DNA of 64,000 nucleotides from Marispirochaeta sp. GTDB lineage: Bacteria; Spirochaetota; Spirochaetia; JC444; Marispirochaetaceae. A program made the position numbers and the translations under genes. The first letter of the stretch is position 1, and every line of letters starts with the position of its first letter. The notes under the pieces were generated by a model, which ran no database searches, was not told where the DNA came from, and was given only the letters and a program-made list of their open reading frames with translations. Below, one piece after another: positions 1 through 10,013 of the stretch. The stretch covers positions 1,408,001 through 1,472,000 of the forward strand of contig CAXXFF010000002.1 of the NCBI GenBank assembly GCA_963676835.2. The letters are read 5' to 3'.

Positions 1-2
1 TC

Positions 3-1394
3 CCGGTCTGATAAAATCTTGCCGTAGTGAGCATAGACGCCTTCGGCGGCTTTAATGCGGGAATACATTCCCGGATGGGTAAAGGTCGGCTCATCGGATT
101 CGTTATGGCCGTGAACCCGGTAGCAGATAAGGTCGATAACCACATCGAATCCAAATTTCTGCCGGTATCTCAATGCAAGATCCATGGCACGTACAACCTG
201 TTCCGGGTCGTAGCCGTTGACGTGAAATATCGGGACCGGCTGCCCTTTAGCCAGGCTGGTGGGAAAGAGGGTTGACCGGGAATCGGACCATGCCGTGGTA
301 AAACCGATCTGATTGTTGACTACCAGATGGATAGTTCCTCCCGTGGTATAGCCTTTGAGTTTTGCAAGATTCAGGGTTTCCGCCACAATCCCCTGGCCGG
401 AGAAGGCGGCATCACCGTGAATAAGCACGGGAATAACCTTCTTCCTGCATTTATCCTGGAGCCTGTTCTGGAATCCCCGTGCCTTTCCCTCTACAACGGG
501 GTTTACTGATTCCAGATGGCTGGGGTTTGAGGCCAGATGCAGTACCATTTCCCCTTCGGGAAAGGATATGTGTGATTCGTAGCCCAGGTGGTATTTCACA
601 TCGCCGGAGAGCATGTAATGCACCGGTTCGGGGGTGCTGCCGAAGGTTCCGAGGATTTCGTCCATGGGTTTCTGCATGGTGTGGGCAAGTACATTCAGTC
701 TTCCCCGGTGACTCATTCCCAGAACAATTTCCTTTACACCCTTTCCGGCAGCTGAGCGGGCCAGAAAATTGAGGGCCGGAATAAGGGCCTCCGCTCCTTC
801 CAGGGAGAAGCGCTTCTGACCGAGATACTGGCTGCCCAGGAAGCGTTCGAACTCCTTGGCCCGGATAAGATCCTGCTGAATGCGAATCTGTTCTTCCCGG
901 CAGGGCTCCCACAGCTCAGTGCGGTGTTCCAGCTTCTCCATCAACCATGTCCGCATGCTTCTGTTCTGGATGTGCATAAACTCACTGCCCATGGTGGAAC
1001 AGTAGATACTGTGGAAGGTCTCTATCAGCTCTTTCAGGGTCTTTACGGGACTTTCCAGAAACTGTCCGCCGTAGAATGTATCATTCAGGTCGGCTTCTGT
1101 GAGGCCGTAGGTACCCGGATTCAGATGGCGCTGTACCCCGGTTTCCACCACCTGTATATGGCGCATGGCACGGGTGAGGTAGCCTTTCAGGGGGTTCACA
1201 TCCGCATACAGGTAGCCTGCATGGCGGAATGCTGAAATAAGACGGTTAACCCTGCTCTGGTTCTGCTGCAGTGAATTCTGTGTCTCCGGGGTGATGTTTT
1301 CCGGAAAACAGGTTTCCATTCCGGGGATGTCCGATTCGGAAAGGACGCCCTCCAGGTATGCAATATTTTCCGGCGCAATGGTCTGGTTTTTCAC
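3..1394 (-). CDS. sucA: 2-oxoglutarate dehydrogenase E1 component (partial, runs off the window start)
   Basis: Not in the ORF track; translated by hand from GTG at 1394: RLISAFRHAGYLYADVNPL, YLGQKRFSLEGAEALIP and GHNESDEPTFTHPGMY are SucA motifs. Confidence 0.93.
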   Translation of the reverse strand, partial: MKNQTIAPENIAYLEGVLSESDIPGMETCFPENITPETQNSLQQNQSRVNRLISAFRHAGYLYADVNPLKGYLTRAMRHIQVVETGVQRHLNPGTYGLTEADLNDTFYGGQFLESPVKTLKELIETFHSIYCSTMGSEFMHIQNRSMRTWLMEKLEHRTELWEPCREEQIRIQQDLIRAKEFERFLGSQYLGQKRFSLEGAEALIPALNFLARSAAGKGVKEIVLGMSHRGRLNVLAHTMQKPMDEILGTFGSTPEPVHYMLSGDVKYHLGYESHISFPEGEMVLHLASNPSHLESVNPVVEGKARGFQNRLQDKCRKKVIPVLIHGDAAFSGQGIVAETLNLAKLKGYTTGGTIHLVVNNQIGFTTAWSDSRSTLFPTSLAKGQPVPIFHVNGYDPEQVVRAMDLALRYRQKFGFDVVIDLICYRVHGHNESDEPTFTHPGMYSRIKAAEGVYAHYGKILSDR

Positions 1395-1415
1395 CGCTTT
1401 GCCTCGTATAAAGAT

Positions 1416-2291
1416 TTAGCTTTGAGAAAGTCTGCTGCGGAGCAGGGCGGGTATCTCTTCGGGAAGATCGGCAACATCAATCCCCGCAGCTTTGAGGGCG
1501 GCGATTTTCGCCTCGGGAGTTCCCTGTCCGCCGGAGATGATGGCTCCCGCGTGACCCATCCGTTTTCCCGGAGGGGCGGTTCTTCCGCAGATAAAGGCTG
1601 TTACCGGCTTTTTCATATTGGCGGCGATATACCCGGCGGCTTTCTCTTCCGCATCTCCGCCGATTTCACCGATAAGCACAACACCCTTTGTGACCGGATC
1701 CTTCTCGAACATTTCAAGAAGTTCGATATAGCTCGTCCCGATAACCGGATCTCCTCCTATGCCGATACAGGTGGACTGACCCAGTCCGGCCTGAGTCAGG
1801 CTGTATACCACTTCATAGGTAAGGGTTCCCGACCGGGAAATAACACCGATACTTCCGGGAGAGTGAATCTTTGCAGGCATAATCCCTGCCTTGCAGAGAC
1901 CCGGGCTTATCAGTCCTGGACAGTTGGGCCCGATAAGACGGGCACCTTTTTTCTGCACATAGTAATAGGTTTCAAGCATCTCATTTACCGGCACCCCTTC
2001 GGTGATGCAGATAATAAGGGGAATTCCCGACTCCGCTGCAGCCCGGATAGCGGAGCTTGCGAATCTGGCGGGAACAAAGATAACCGAAACATCAGCACTG
2101 GTGGCCCTCCGGCACTCGATTACACTGTCGAATACGGGTATTCCGTGAACGCTCTGTCCTCCCTTGCCGGGGGTTACACCGCCGACAATGTTGGTGCCGT
2201 CCTTTTTCATGGTAAGGGCATGAAAGGATCCGTCCCTTCCGGTGATGCCCTGGATCATTACTCTGCTTTTCTGGTTGATTAGAATGCTCAT
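1416..2291 (-). CDS. sucD: succinyl-CoA synthetase alpha subunit
   Basis: [38 protein letters not shown] (phospho-His). Confidence 0.97.
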   Translation of the reverse strand: MSILINQKSRVMIQGITGRDGSFHALTMKKDGTNIVGGVTPGKGGQSVHGIPVFDSVIECRRATSADVSVIFVPARFASSAIRAAAESGIPLIICITEGVPVNEMLETYYYVQKKGARLIGPNCPGLISPGLCKAGIMPAKIHSPGSIGVISRSGTLTYEVVYSLTQAGLGQSTCIGIGGDPVIGTSYIELLEMFEKDPVTKGVVLIGEIGGDAEEKAAGYIAANMKKPVTAFICGRTAPPGKRMGHAGAIISGGQGTPEAKIAALKAAGIDVADLPEEIPALLRSRLSQS

Positions 2292-3460
2292 GCTGTACCT
2301 TTCTTCTTTCCTGATGTTGCAGGACCGGCGGATTGACTGAGTTCTACAGCTTTTTTAACCGCCGTACTGAGGGAATCCTCCGCTGCAAGTCCTGCGGAGG
2401 AGAGGATTTCCCGCCCTTCCTGGTCGTTGGTACCGATAAGACGAATTACCATGGGAACTGTCAGATCAATCTTTTTACGGGCTTCTATAATTCCTTTGGC
2501 TATGTCGTCGCAGCGGGTTATCCCGCCGAAGATATTGATCAGAATGGCGTTAACCTTCGGATTTCTCATTAAAATGGTAAGGGCGGTAACTACCTTCTCC
2601 GGGTTGGAGCTGCCGCCCACGTCCAGGAAGTTGGCGGGGGATGCGCCGTAATACTTGATAATGTCCATGGTTGCCATGGCAAGGCCCGCGCCGTTTACAA
2701 TACAGCCGATTTCACCGTCCATGGAGACAAAACTCAGTCCTGCCTCTTTCGCTTCTGTCTCATCCGCAGAGTATTCTTCAGGATTTCTTAGATCAAGCAG
2801 TTCGGGAATTATCTCGGCAGCGTTGTCGTCGATGGTTATTTTACCGTCCAGGGCAGAGAGAGATGAGTCTGCAAGGCAGGCCAGAGGATTGATCTCAACC
2901 AGGGAGCAGCCTTTATCGAGATAGAGGCAGTAGATTCGCCGGATAATGTCCACTCCCTGCATGGTCAGGATGTCGCTCTGGAAAATCTCTCTGCAGGTAT
3001 GCGTCAGTTCTTCTTCATCCAGCCCTTTGTGCGGGTAGACGGGAACTTTCAGTATCTTCTCCGGTTCTTTTTCCGCAAGTTCCTCGATGTCCATCCCTCC
3101 CGCTGCGGAGAGCATCAGGGTGAGACAGTTTGCGCCCCTGTCCAGAGTCAGGCCGAGGTAGTATTCCTGAACAATTTCGGCCTTGGGCACTACGAGCAGC
3201 CGTTCGACGGTCTCTCCTTTAATATTCATTCCGATGATTGTTTCAGCGGCTTCCTCTGCCGTTTCCGGTGAGTCCGCGGTTTTTACTCCCCCCGCCTTGC
3301 CTCTGCCGCCGGTGAGAACCTGAGCCTTGATTACTACAGAACCGCCAAGGGCCTTCGCTGCAGAGACTGCCTCGGCGGGGGTTGCGGCAACAATCCCTTC
3401 CGGGTGGGGGATAAGGTAGCCCGCAAACAGTTCGCGGGCCTGATATTCATGGATCTTCAT
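2288..3460 (-). CDS. sucC: succinyl-CoA synthetase beta subunit
   Basis: [45 protein letters not shown]. Confidence 0.97.
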   Translation of the reverse strand: MKIHEYQARELFAGYLIPHPEGIVAATPAEAVSAAKALGGSVVIKAQVLTGGRGKAGGVKTADSPETAEEAAETIIGMNIKGETVERLLVVPKAEIVQEYYLGLTLDRGANCLTLMLSAAGGMDIEELAEKEPEKILKVPVYPHKGLDEEELTHTCREIFQSDILTMQGVDIIRRIYCLYLDKGCSLVEINPLACLADSSLSALDGKITIDDNAAEIIPELLDLRNPEEYSADETEAKEAGLSFVSMDGEIGCIVNGAGLAMATMDIIKYYGASPANFLDVGGSSNPEKVVTALTILMRNPKVNAILINIFGGITRCDDIAKGIIEARKKIDLTVPMVIRLIGTNDQEGREILSSAGLAAEDSLSTAVKKAVELSQSAGPATSGKKKGTA

Positions 3461-3527
3461 CTCTTCTGTTCTCCTACTTGCATTTGTGCCTTTCTGCCTT
3501 GATCCCTTCTGCTTCGGGCAGTCCGTT

Positions 3528-4826
3528 TTACTGCCGCAGCCGCGGCGGCTTGTTCAGCATTACCGCAAGAATTGATTTATCCGTCTGCTCCATGCCGTTA
3601 TGGCTGATCTGCCGTGCGTATTCTATGGTGTCTTCCGATTTGTCACCGATAATGCCCGACTCGCTTCCCACTGTTTTATCGGAAATTGCAAGTTTGGCAC
3701 TCATTGCCGCCGATTCCACACAGGAGTAGATCTTGAGGGCACAGGTCTTCTTTGCGCCGTCGCAGATAACTCCCATAAGGTTGGCGAACATAATGTTTAT
3801 AGTGTTTTCCACCCGGTCCAGAGAGCCTGTAATTAGATAGACATAGGCGCAGGCGGTGCCGATGGCGGCGGTAAATGCCCCGCAAAGGGCGGAAAGGCGT
3901 CCCTTGTGGTAGGTAAGGTAGAGGGCCACCATATGACTCAGGGCCAGTGCCTTGATTGTTGCGGTTTTATCGCTTTTGAGAAAATCGGCCATTACCTGTA
4001 CCGGTACTGTTGCGGTAATTCCCTGGTTTCCGCTGCCGGAGTTGATTACCACCGGCAGGGGGCAGCCGGACATCCGCGCGTCGGAGGCGGCAGAAGCAAG
4101 GACCGCGCCGTACTGGAATGCTTCTTCCAGGGTGGTGATATTACTGCTGTCCGTGGTGTTCATTGTTTTTCCCACGCTCAGGCCGTATGACTCTCCAATG
4201 GAGTGTTCTGCAATAGCCATGTTTGTCTCTGAAACATTCAGCAGGAAGCTGCCTTCGTTTTCAGTCAGGTTGTCTACAAAGGCAAGGATATCCTGAACTG
4301 TCCAGCTCTCCGGATATACCCCTTCTTCGTCGGCATCGAGACCGTTTATATCCTGCTTTAGAAGAATCTCGCCGTTTTTAACCTTCTCCACCACCATATC
4401 GTGCTCTCCGGCAATGGTTATTCTTGCACTTTCTTCTCCGGAGGTAAGGGTTGCGGAGATATAGACCGGCGGAACATCTGCTGCAAGTTCCAGGCTTACC
4501 GGATGGGCTTCTTTAAAGGAAAGTATTTTATCTGCAGTGTTTTCCGGCAGGGTTGAAAGAATGTTCAGACCCATGGAGGAGTCCCCGAAAAGGACGCCAA
4601 GTAAAACGGAGGTATCTGTGCCGGTAAGGCTGCTGTTTGGTATTCCAACACCCATTACATTTTTAATTATATCTCTGCTGGCAAGAATTGCTACAGAATC
4701 GGGCTCTGCTCCGAGGAGATCCCGGGCAAGTGCGCCGGTTAGAGCTGCGGCTGCAGGCTCGGTGCATCCCATGGCTGTCTTCAGCTCCTTCTTCAGGAGT
4801 GAAAGGTATGTGTTGTGCTTGTTCAT
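3528..4826 (-). CDS. L-cysteine desulfidase family protein (serine dehydratase alpha-like, YhaM/CdsB type)
   Basis: MGCTEP, ASDARMSG, NSGSGNQG, LSALCG, GVICDGAKKTCALK motifs; start trimmed to ATG at 4826. Confidence 0.85.
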   Translation of the reverse strand: MNKHNTYLSLLKKELKTAMGCTEPAAAALTGALARDLLGAEPDSVAILASRDIIKNVMGVGIPNSSLTGTDTSVLLGVLFGDSSMGLNILSTLPENTADKILSFKEAHPVSLELAADVPPVYISATLTSGEESARITIAGEHDMVVEKVKNGEILLKQDINGLDADEEGVYPESWTVQDILAFVDNLTENEGSFLLNVSETNMAIAEHSIGESYGLSVGKTMNTTDSSNITTLEEAFQYGAVLASAASDARMSGCPLPVVINSGSGNQGITATVPVQVMADFLKSDKTATIKALALSHMVALYLTYHKGRLSALCGAFTAAIGTACAYVYLITGSLDRVENTINIMFANLMGVICDGAKKTCALKIYSCVESAAMSAKLAISDKTVGSESGIIGDKSEDTIEYARQISHNGMEQTDKSILAVMLNKPPRLRQ

Positions 4827-4880
4827 GAAGCGGAGACTAACACGCGAAAAATTGGATGTCCAGTATTTTATTAAAAAAAT

Positions 4881-4987
4881 ATTGAGCAATCAACAAAAAT
4901 TGTTGAGGCAGTATTGCACTGATTGAAAAAATAATATAAATTGCCGAGAGATCTTCAATAATGGTAAAATTATGTTGAGGATTCGAT
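4881..4987. promoter_or_regulatory. divergent promoter region with TTGA-N4-TCAAC palindromes (putative RpiR operators)
   Basis: attgagcaatcaac at 4881-4894 and gttgaggattcgat at 4974-4987; the same motif recurs upstream of the rpiR gene. Confidence 0.55.
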
Positions 4988-5011
4988 AAAAATAGGCCCG
5001 GAAGGTTACAA

Positions 5012-6037
5012 ATGCAGGAATGGACGAAAAGAAAGCGCTTGGAAACAGTACTGAAAGGGGAACTTGCAGACCGGCCCCCTGTTTCCGCCTGGCGTCATTT
5101 TACCGAAGTGGAAAATGACCCCATTGCCCTGGCCGATAAAATGCTTGAATTTCAGGCTCAGTACGACTGGGATTTCATTAAAGTTAATTCCCGGGCAGTC
5201 TATTACCATGAGCCCTGGGGAAACAGATACGACAATACTCAGTACACCGATGTAAAACCCCTGTTACTGGAAAAGGCCATTAACAGTGTTGAAGATCTGG
5301 CAAAGATTGATGTGAAACCCGGAGATTATGAAAGCTTCGGTGAGCAGATTGTCTGTGCAGAGCGTATTATGAAGGGGCGGACTGAAGATGTGCCTGTTCT
5401 CTACACCCTTTTTACCCCCATCGGCATTCTGCTGAATCTCTGTGGAGAGCGGAGTATCGGACGCTACCGGGAGTCTCCCCGGGACGAGAGCTATATGTTT
5501 ACCCTTTTAGAGGAGAACCGGCCCCTGGTTCACCAGGCGCTCCAGAATATTACTGATACTTTCACCGATTATGTGGCAAAGCTCATGGATACCGGCATAG
5601 ACGGTCTTTTTTACGCCGGTCTGGGTATGGCCAGGGAAGGTTTTTTTACCATGGAAGAGTGGGAAGAGCTGGTGAAGCCCTACGATCTGCAGATCCTTGA
5701 AAGCATAAAGGATAAAATCACCCTTTTTCATACCTGCGGTATCTATGGAAACCCCGAGCGTTTTGTAGATTTTCCCATCAGTGCTCTCCACTGGGCCCCC
5801 AGTGCCACCGGAAACCCGCCCCTTAAGGGCAGCGGTGAATGGCTTAAGGGAATGATTGCCATGGGCGGTGTGGATGAACGCCTTTTCGGACAGGACAAGG
5901 CGGAAGAGATCGGAAAGCTGGCTGCAAAGGCCATCGAGGAAAACAGGGATCAGCCCTTTATCCTTGCTCCGGACTGTTCAGTCTCTATCCGGACTCTGGA
6001 CAGTGAACTTAAAGCCTTCAGGGATTCGGTAAGGTAG
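5012..6037 (+). CDS. uroporphyrinogen decarboxylase/MtaA-fold protein (not HemE)
   Basis: G-x2-DRPPV N-terminus, FHTCG (H-x-C), MGGVD, FILAPDC; no RQAGR HemE motif. Confidence 0.8.
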   Translation: MQEWTKRKRLETVLKGELADRPPVSAWRHFTEVENDPIALADKMLEFQAQYDWDFIKVNSRAVYYHEPWGNRYDNTQYTDVKPLLLEKAINSVEDLAKIDVKPGDYESFGEQIVCAERIMKGRTEDVPVLYTLFTPIGILLNLCGERSIGRYRESPRDESYMFTLLEENRPLVHQALQNITDTFTDYVAKLMDTGIDGLFYAGLGMAREGFFTMEEWEELVKPYDLQILESIKDKITLFHTCGIYGNPERFVDFPISALHWAPSATGNPPLKGSGEWLKGMIAMGGVDERLFGQDKAEEIGKLAAKAIEENRDQPFILAPDCSVSIRTLDSELKAFRDSVR

Positions 6038-6043
6038 GCTCCC

Positions 6044-7294
6044 ATGATCAGTGTCTCCGGATTAATTAACTATCTGGAAACAATTAAACCGTCTCTTGTT
6101 TATCATAACCGGTTTCTTTTTGATCACCCGGAAACCGCATTTAATGAATATGTTTCTTCAGCGCATCTCATGCAATGGGCCGAAGAAGAGGGCTTTGCGG
6201 TAGAGAAATATGCCGTACCCCTAAATACAGCCTTCAAGGCAACCCGCACTGTAGGCCGGGGCGGACCGGTTATCGGCTTTATTGCCGAATATGATGCCCT
6301 GAAGGATATCGGTCACGGCTGCGGTCACAACCTTATTGCAACCATGAGCTTCGGAGCGGCCCTTGCCGTTGCGGAGGCTGCGGGAAAAACCGGTCTCGAC
6401 TGCACCATTGTCATAGTGGGGACCCCGGCGGAAGAATCCGGGGGGGGAAAGATCCTTATGGCTGATGCAGGCTGTTTTAAGGGCATCGATTTTGCCATGA
6501 TGATGCATCCGTCGGATAAAAACATGGTGGAGGATTTTTCCTTTGCCAATGTTATCTACTCCTACGAGTTTACCGGGAAACCTGCCCATGCTTCAGCGGC
6601 ACCCTGGGAGGGGAATAATGCCCTGGAGGGGCTGCTCCAGACCCTAAACCTGATAAACGGTTACCGTTGTCAGTTCAAGGATTATTCACGGGTAAATCCC
6701 TGGATTATCGAGAGCGGCAATGCCACTAATGTAATCTCCCCCCATTCCAGGATGGAGATAAACATCCGCTCCAACGATCTGGACTATCTGGATGAGCTTA
6801 TTGAGATTGTCCGCCGCTGTGCAGCAGGCAGTGCTCAGACCTACGGTCTTTCCCTTGAAACAAATAAGGTGAGCCCCCGCTATGCTCCGGTAGCCAACTG
6901 CCCTGTTATTGAGCGGGTTATGCGGAAGCACTTTGAAAGTATCGGGTGGAATGTAGAACCCAAGGCCCGTGATCATGGCGTGGGATCTACGGATATGGGC
7001 AATGTTACCCAGGTTATTCCCGCCATACACGGCCATATAAAACTCGGACAGGGACTGAAAACCCATACCGCCGAGTTTCGGGATGAGACTCTGACACCTT
7101 CCGGGATAGAGACGCTTGTTACCGGCGCAGCGGTAATGGCCGCTACAGCCCTGGAGATTGCTGGTTCGGATGAAAATCTCAAGGAAATGCAGCATGCTTT
7201 TCTGGCCCGGAAGGCATCGCGAAAGTCTGAAAAGAAGACTGCGCAGAAGAAAGCCCCCCAGGAAAAAGCCCAGGAAAAAGAAAGGAAGAATTGA
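6044..7294 (+). CDS. M20 family amidohydrolase (AbgB/PM20D2-like)
   Basis: EYDAL, GHGCGHN, GTPAEE, MMHP, GSTDMGNV. Confidence 0.88.
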   Translation: MISVSGLINYLETIKPSLVYHNRFLFDHPETAFNEYVSSAHLMQWAEEEGFAVEKYAVPLNTAFKATRTVGRGGPVIGFIAEYDALKDIGHGCGHNLIATMSFGAALAVAEAAGKTGLDCTIVIVGTPAEESGGGKILMADAGCFKGIDFAMMMHPSDKNMVEDFSFANVIYSYEFTGKPAHASAAPWEGNNALEGLLQTLNLINGYRCQFKDYSRVNPWIIESGNATNVISPHSRMEINIRSNDLDYLDELIEIVRRCAAGSAQTYGLSLETNKVSPRYAPVANCPVIERVMRKHFESIGWNVEPKARDHGVGSTDMGNVTQVIPAIHGHIKLGQGLKTHTAEFRDETLTPSGIETLVTGAAVMAATALEIAGSDENLKEMQHAFLARKASRKSEKKTAQKKAPQEKAQEKERKN

Positions 7295-8469
7295 TGAAGA
7301 AGAGAATATCCGCACCACTGATCATTCCCTGCAGGGATAAGGAACTTATAAAAGACGGTTATGTTGAGTTTGAGGACGGGATAATAACCGCTGTCGGTTC
7401 CCTCTCTGATCTTAAGGGCAATGATGGTGTAGAGACTGAACATTATGAAGGTGCTGCCATTATGCCCGGGCTTATCAACTCCCATGAGCATCTGAATACC
7501 AAATCGGCCTATACCTCCTGGACCATGGATGTTATCCGTAACGAGCCCATAACCGCCCAGACAATCCGGGCGGTGCGAAACGCGGCGGGAATGCTCAATG
7601 ACGGTATTACCACCATCCGTGAGTGCGGCTGCCGCGACCGTATAAACATCAGCCTCTCAAAGGCATCCCGGGAAAAATGGGTGCAGGCTCCCAATATTAT
7701 TGCCTGCGGAAGCCCGATCTCCATGATCGGCGGCCATTGCTATTATTATTCCCACGAGATCTCCGGACCTGTCGAGGCCGTTGCTGCTGTACGGACGGAG
7801 CTTAAATATGGCGCCCACTTTATCAAAGTCCATGCCACCGGCGGTGCGGGTACAAAAGAGGGCAGCCCCGAATGGCGGCAGCTCTCCCTGGAGGAGCTCA
7901 CCGCCATTGCCAATGAAGCCCATGCCAACGACAAACGGGTCTGTTCCCACTCCATCGGGCGTGAGGGGTGTAAAAACACTATACTTGCAGGGGTGGACTC
8001 CCTTGAACACGGCCATTATCTGGATGATGAACTTCTGTCCATGATGGCGGAACGGGGAACCTATTATGTTCCCACCCTTACCGGGTACATTCCCCTTGCC
8101 CGGCATGGCCTTGAACTTGGCCGGCCGGCATGGATGGTTGAAAACGCCAAAGCCCTGCTGGAGAAGCATCAGGAAGTGATGGTCAAGCTGAAGAAATATC
8201 CGGAAATTGTGGTTGCCACCGGATCGGACAGTACTGGGAGTGTTGCAACTGAAATAGAAGAACTGAACAATTCCGGCTTCGAGCCCATGGACACTCTTCT
8301 TTTTGCCACCCGCAACGGAGCGGATGTCCTGGGGATTCTGGATAAAACCGGCACCCTTGAAAGGGGAAAAGAGGCGGATATGATTGTTCTTGAGGGTAAT
8401 CCCCTGGAGGATCTTTCCGTTCTTAAACGGGTTAAACATGTCATAAAAACCGGAGATTTTATCCGGTAA
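7294..8469 (+). CDS. metal-dependent amidohydrolase (Xaa-Pro dipeptidase-like subgroup)
   Basis: PGLINSHEH, GITTIRECG, IKVHATGG, SLEHG, GSD, GTLERGKEAD; ATG overlaps the upstream TGA. Confidence 0.88.
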   Translation: MKKRISAPLIIPCRDKELIKDGYVEFEDGIITAVGSLSDLKGNDGVETEHYEGAAIMPGLINSHEHLNTKSAYTSWTMDVIRNEPITAQTIRAVRNAAGMLNDGITTIRECGCRDRINISLSKASREKWVQAPNIIACGSPISMIGGHCYYYSHEISGPVEAVAAVRTELKYGAHFIKVHATGGAGTKEGSPEWRQLSLEELTAIANEAHANDKRVCSHSIGREGCKNTILAGVDSLEHGHYLDDELLSMMAERGTYYVPTLTGYIPLARHGLELGRPAWMVENAKALLEKHQEVMVKLKKYPEIVVATGSDSTGSVATEIEELNNSGFEPMDTLLFATRNGADVLGILDKTGTLERGKEADMIVLEGNPLEDLSVLKRVKHVIKTGDFIR

Positions 8470-8526
8470 TTATTGTTACCAAATTGGGGCGACTCAATTT
8501 AAAATAAAAACCTTGGGAGAGGTATT

Positions 8527-9534
8527 ATGAAGCGATTTTTTGTTTTTGCTTTGCTTGTTGTAATGATTTCTTCCCCCCTGCTGGCCGGCGGTCAGGAAGA
8601 GGGCGGTGCCGGAAAACCGGTTGAAATCAGATTCGGTCATCAGATGACTCCGGAAAGTACTGAAGGACAGGCCTATCAGTATTTCAAGGAGATGGTTGAA
8701 GAGAAAACCGGCGGTTCTGTTATTATCACCCTGTACCCCGCAGAGCAGCTTGGTGACAGTAAGAGTCAGATTGAAAGTACTCTTATCGGTACTCAGGATG
8801 TTGTCGCCACCGGAGCTTCGCTCTTCTCACGCTTCGATCCTATCTTCAGTGCTTTTACTGTTCCTTTCCTTTTCAAGGACAATGCGGCATTCAGTGAAAT
8901 GATGCAGGGATCCATCGGAAAAATGCAGCAGGATGCCCTGGTTGAAGCAGGTCTTGTACTGGTCAACCCTTCCAGAAACATGATGCGCGGACCCTACCGT
9001 GTTATGGCATCCAAGGTTCCCATCAACAGTGTTGATGATATCAAGGGCCTCCGTTTCCGTACCTACGAAAACAAGATCTACATGGGTGCATGGTCCGAGC
9101 TCGGAGCAAACCCCATTGTTATTCCCTGGGGCGAGGCCTATATGGCACTGATGCAGGATACTGTACAGGCTGTTGTTTCTCCCATGAGTCTTCTCTATTC
9201 CATGAAATTTACTGAGGAAGCCAAGTATGTGACTGCAATCAATGAGTACACTTCCGACTGTATCTGGGCCATGAACAAGGCAAAGTGGGACACTCTTTCT
9301 GCGGATCAGCAGGCTATCATCACTGAATGTGCCGGCCTGGCTGGTGAAAAGCTTACCGAGCTTGATGCCGCCAATATCGATGCCTCTATTAAAAAGATGG
9401 AAGAAGAGAACGGCGCTGTTTTCTCTACTGTTGACACCGCACCTTTCCGTGCGAAGCTGATGGATTTCTACCGGGATCTTGAAGCATCCGGAAAGCTTCC
9501 CGAAGGTTTTGTAGCTTCTGCTCTTGGTGAGTAA
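8527..9534 (+). CDS. dctP: TRAP transporter substrate-binding protein DctP
   Basis: Signal peptide, LYPAEQLG, KGLRFRT, LGANPIVIPWGEAYMAL. Confidence 0.9.
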   Translation: MKRFFVFALLVVMISSPLLAGGQEEGGAGKPVEIRFGHQMTPESTEGQAYQYFKEMVEEKTGGSVIITLYPAEQLGDSKSQIESTLIGTQDVVATGASLFSRFDPIFSAFTVPFLFKDNAAFSEMMQGSIGKMQQDALVEAGLVLVNPSRNMMRGPYRVMASKVPINSVDDIKGLRFRTYENKIYMGAWSELGANPIVIPWGEAYMALMQDTVQAVVSPMSLLYSMKFTEEAKYVTAINEYTSDCIWAMNKAKWDTLSADQQAIITECAGLAGEKLTELDAANIDASIKKMEEENGAVFSTVDTAPFRAKLMDFYRDLEASGKLPEGFVASALGE

Positions 9535-10009
9535 GTTGAAAACTCTTCTGGAAAAATTATCCAAACTGCAGCTGGGGATCGCTTTTGCGGCCCTGGCTGC
9601 CGTTATTATCATTAATTTTCTCGAGATATGCATGCGCTACTTTGCAGGGCAGTCCATGGTCTGGATTCAGGATTACAGTCTGCTGCTGATGGTCTGGATT
9701 ATATTCCCCGGTGCGGGGGTTATCGCCTACCAGAAGCGGGATGTAACCATAACCATTCTTACCGACCATCTGCCAGAAACTTTCGGCAAATACCTGGAAA
9801 TAGCTGTATGCATTGTTGTCAGTATTTTCTTTGCACTGCTTGGGCGATACAGCACGACTCTGTTTCTTAAACAGGGAGGGCAGACTACGGTTACCGCCAT
9901 GATACCACTGCGTTTCTACTCCCTTTCCCTTGTTGTTACTTCTTTCTATATGGCGGTTGTTTATCTGCATAACGCCGTGGATTTATTCCTGAAAAGAAAA
10001 GGCGGCTGA
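9524..10009 (+). CDS. dctQ: TRAP transporter small permease DctQ
   Basis: Four hydrophobic segments, MRY...W motif, lies between dctP and dctM. Confidence 0.85.
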   Translation: MVSKLKTLLEKLSKLQLGIAFAALAAVIIINFLEICMRYFAGQSMVWIQDYSLLLMVWIIFPGAGVIAYQKRDVTITILTDHLPETFGKYLEIAVCIVVSIFFALLGRYSTTLFLKQGGQTTVTAMIPLRFYSLSLVVTSFYMAVVYLHNAVDLFLKRKGG

Positions 10010-10013
10010 GACT

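Noticed and set aside
1422..2282. 286-aa plus-strand ORF
   Set aside because: Antisense shadow of sucD; no recognisable motifs
5012..6037. Calling the URO-D-like genes hemE (also 18286-19320)
   Set aside because: HemE RQAGR motif absent, no tetrapyrrole genes nearby, catabolic context
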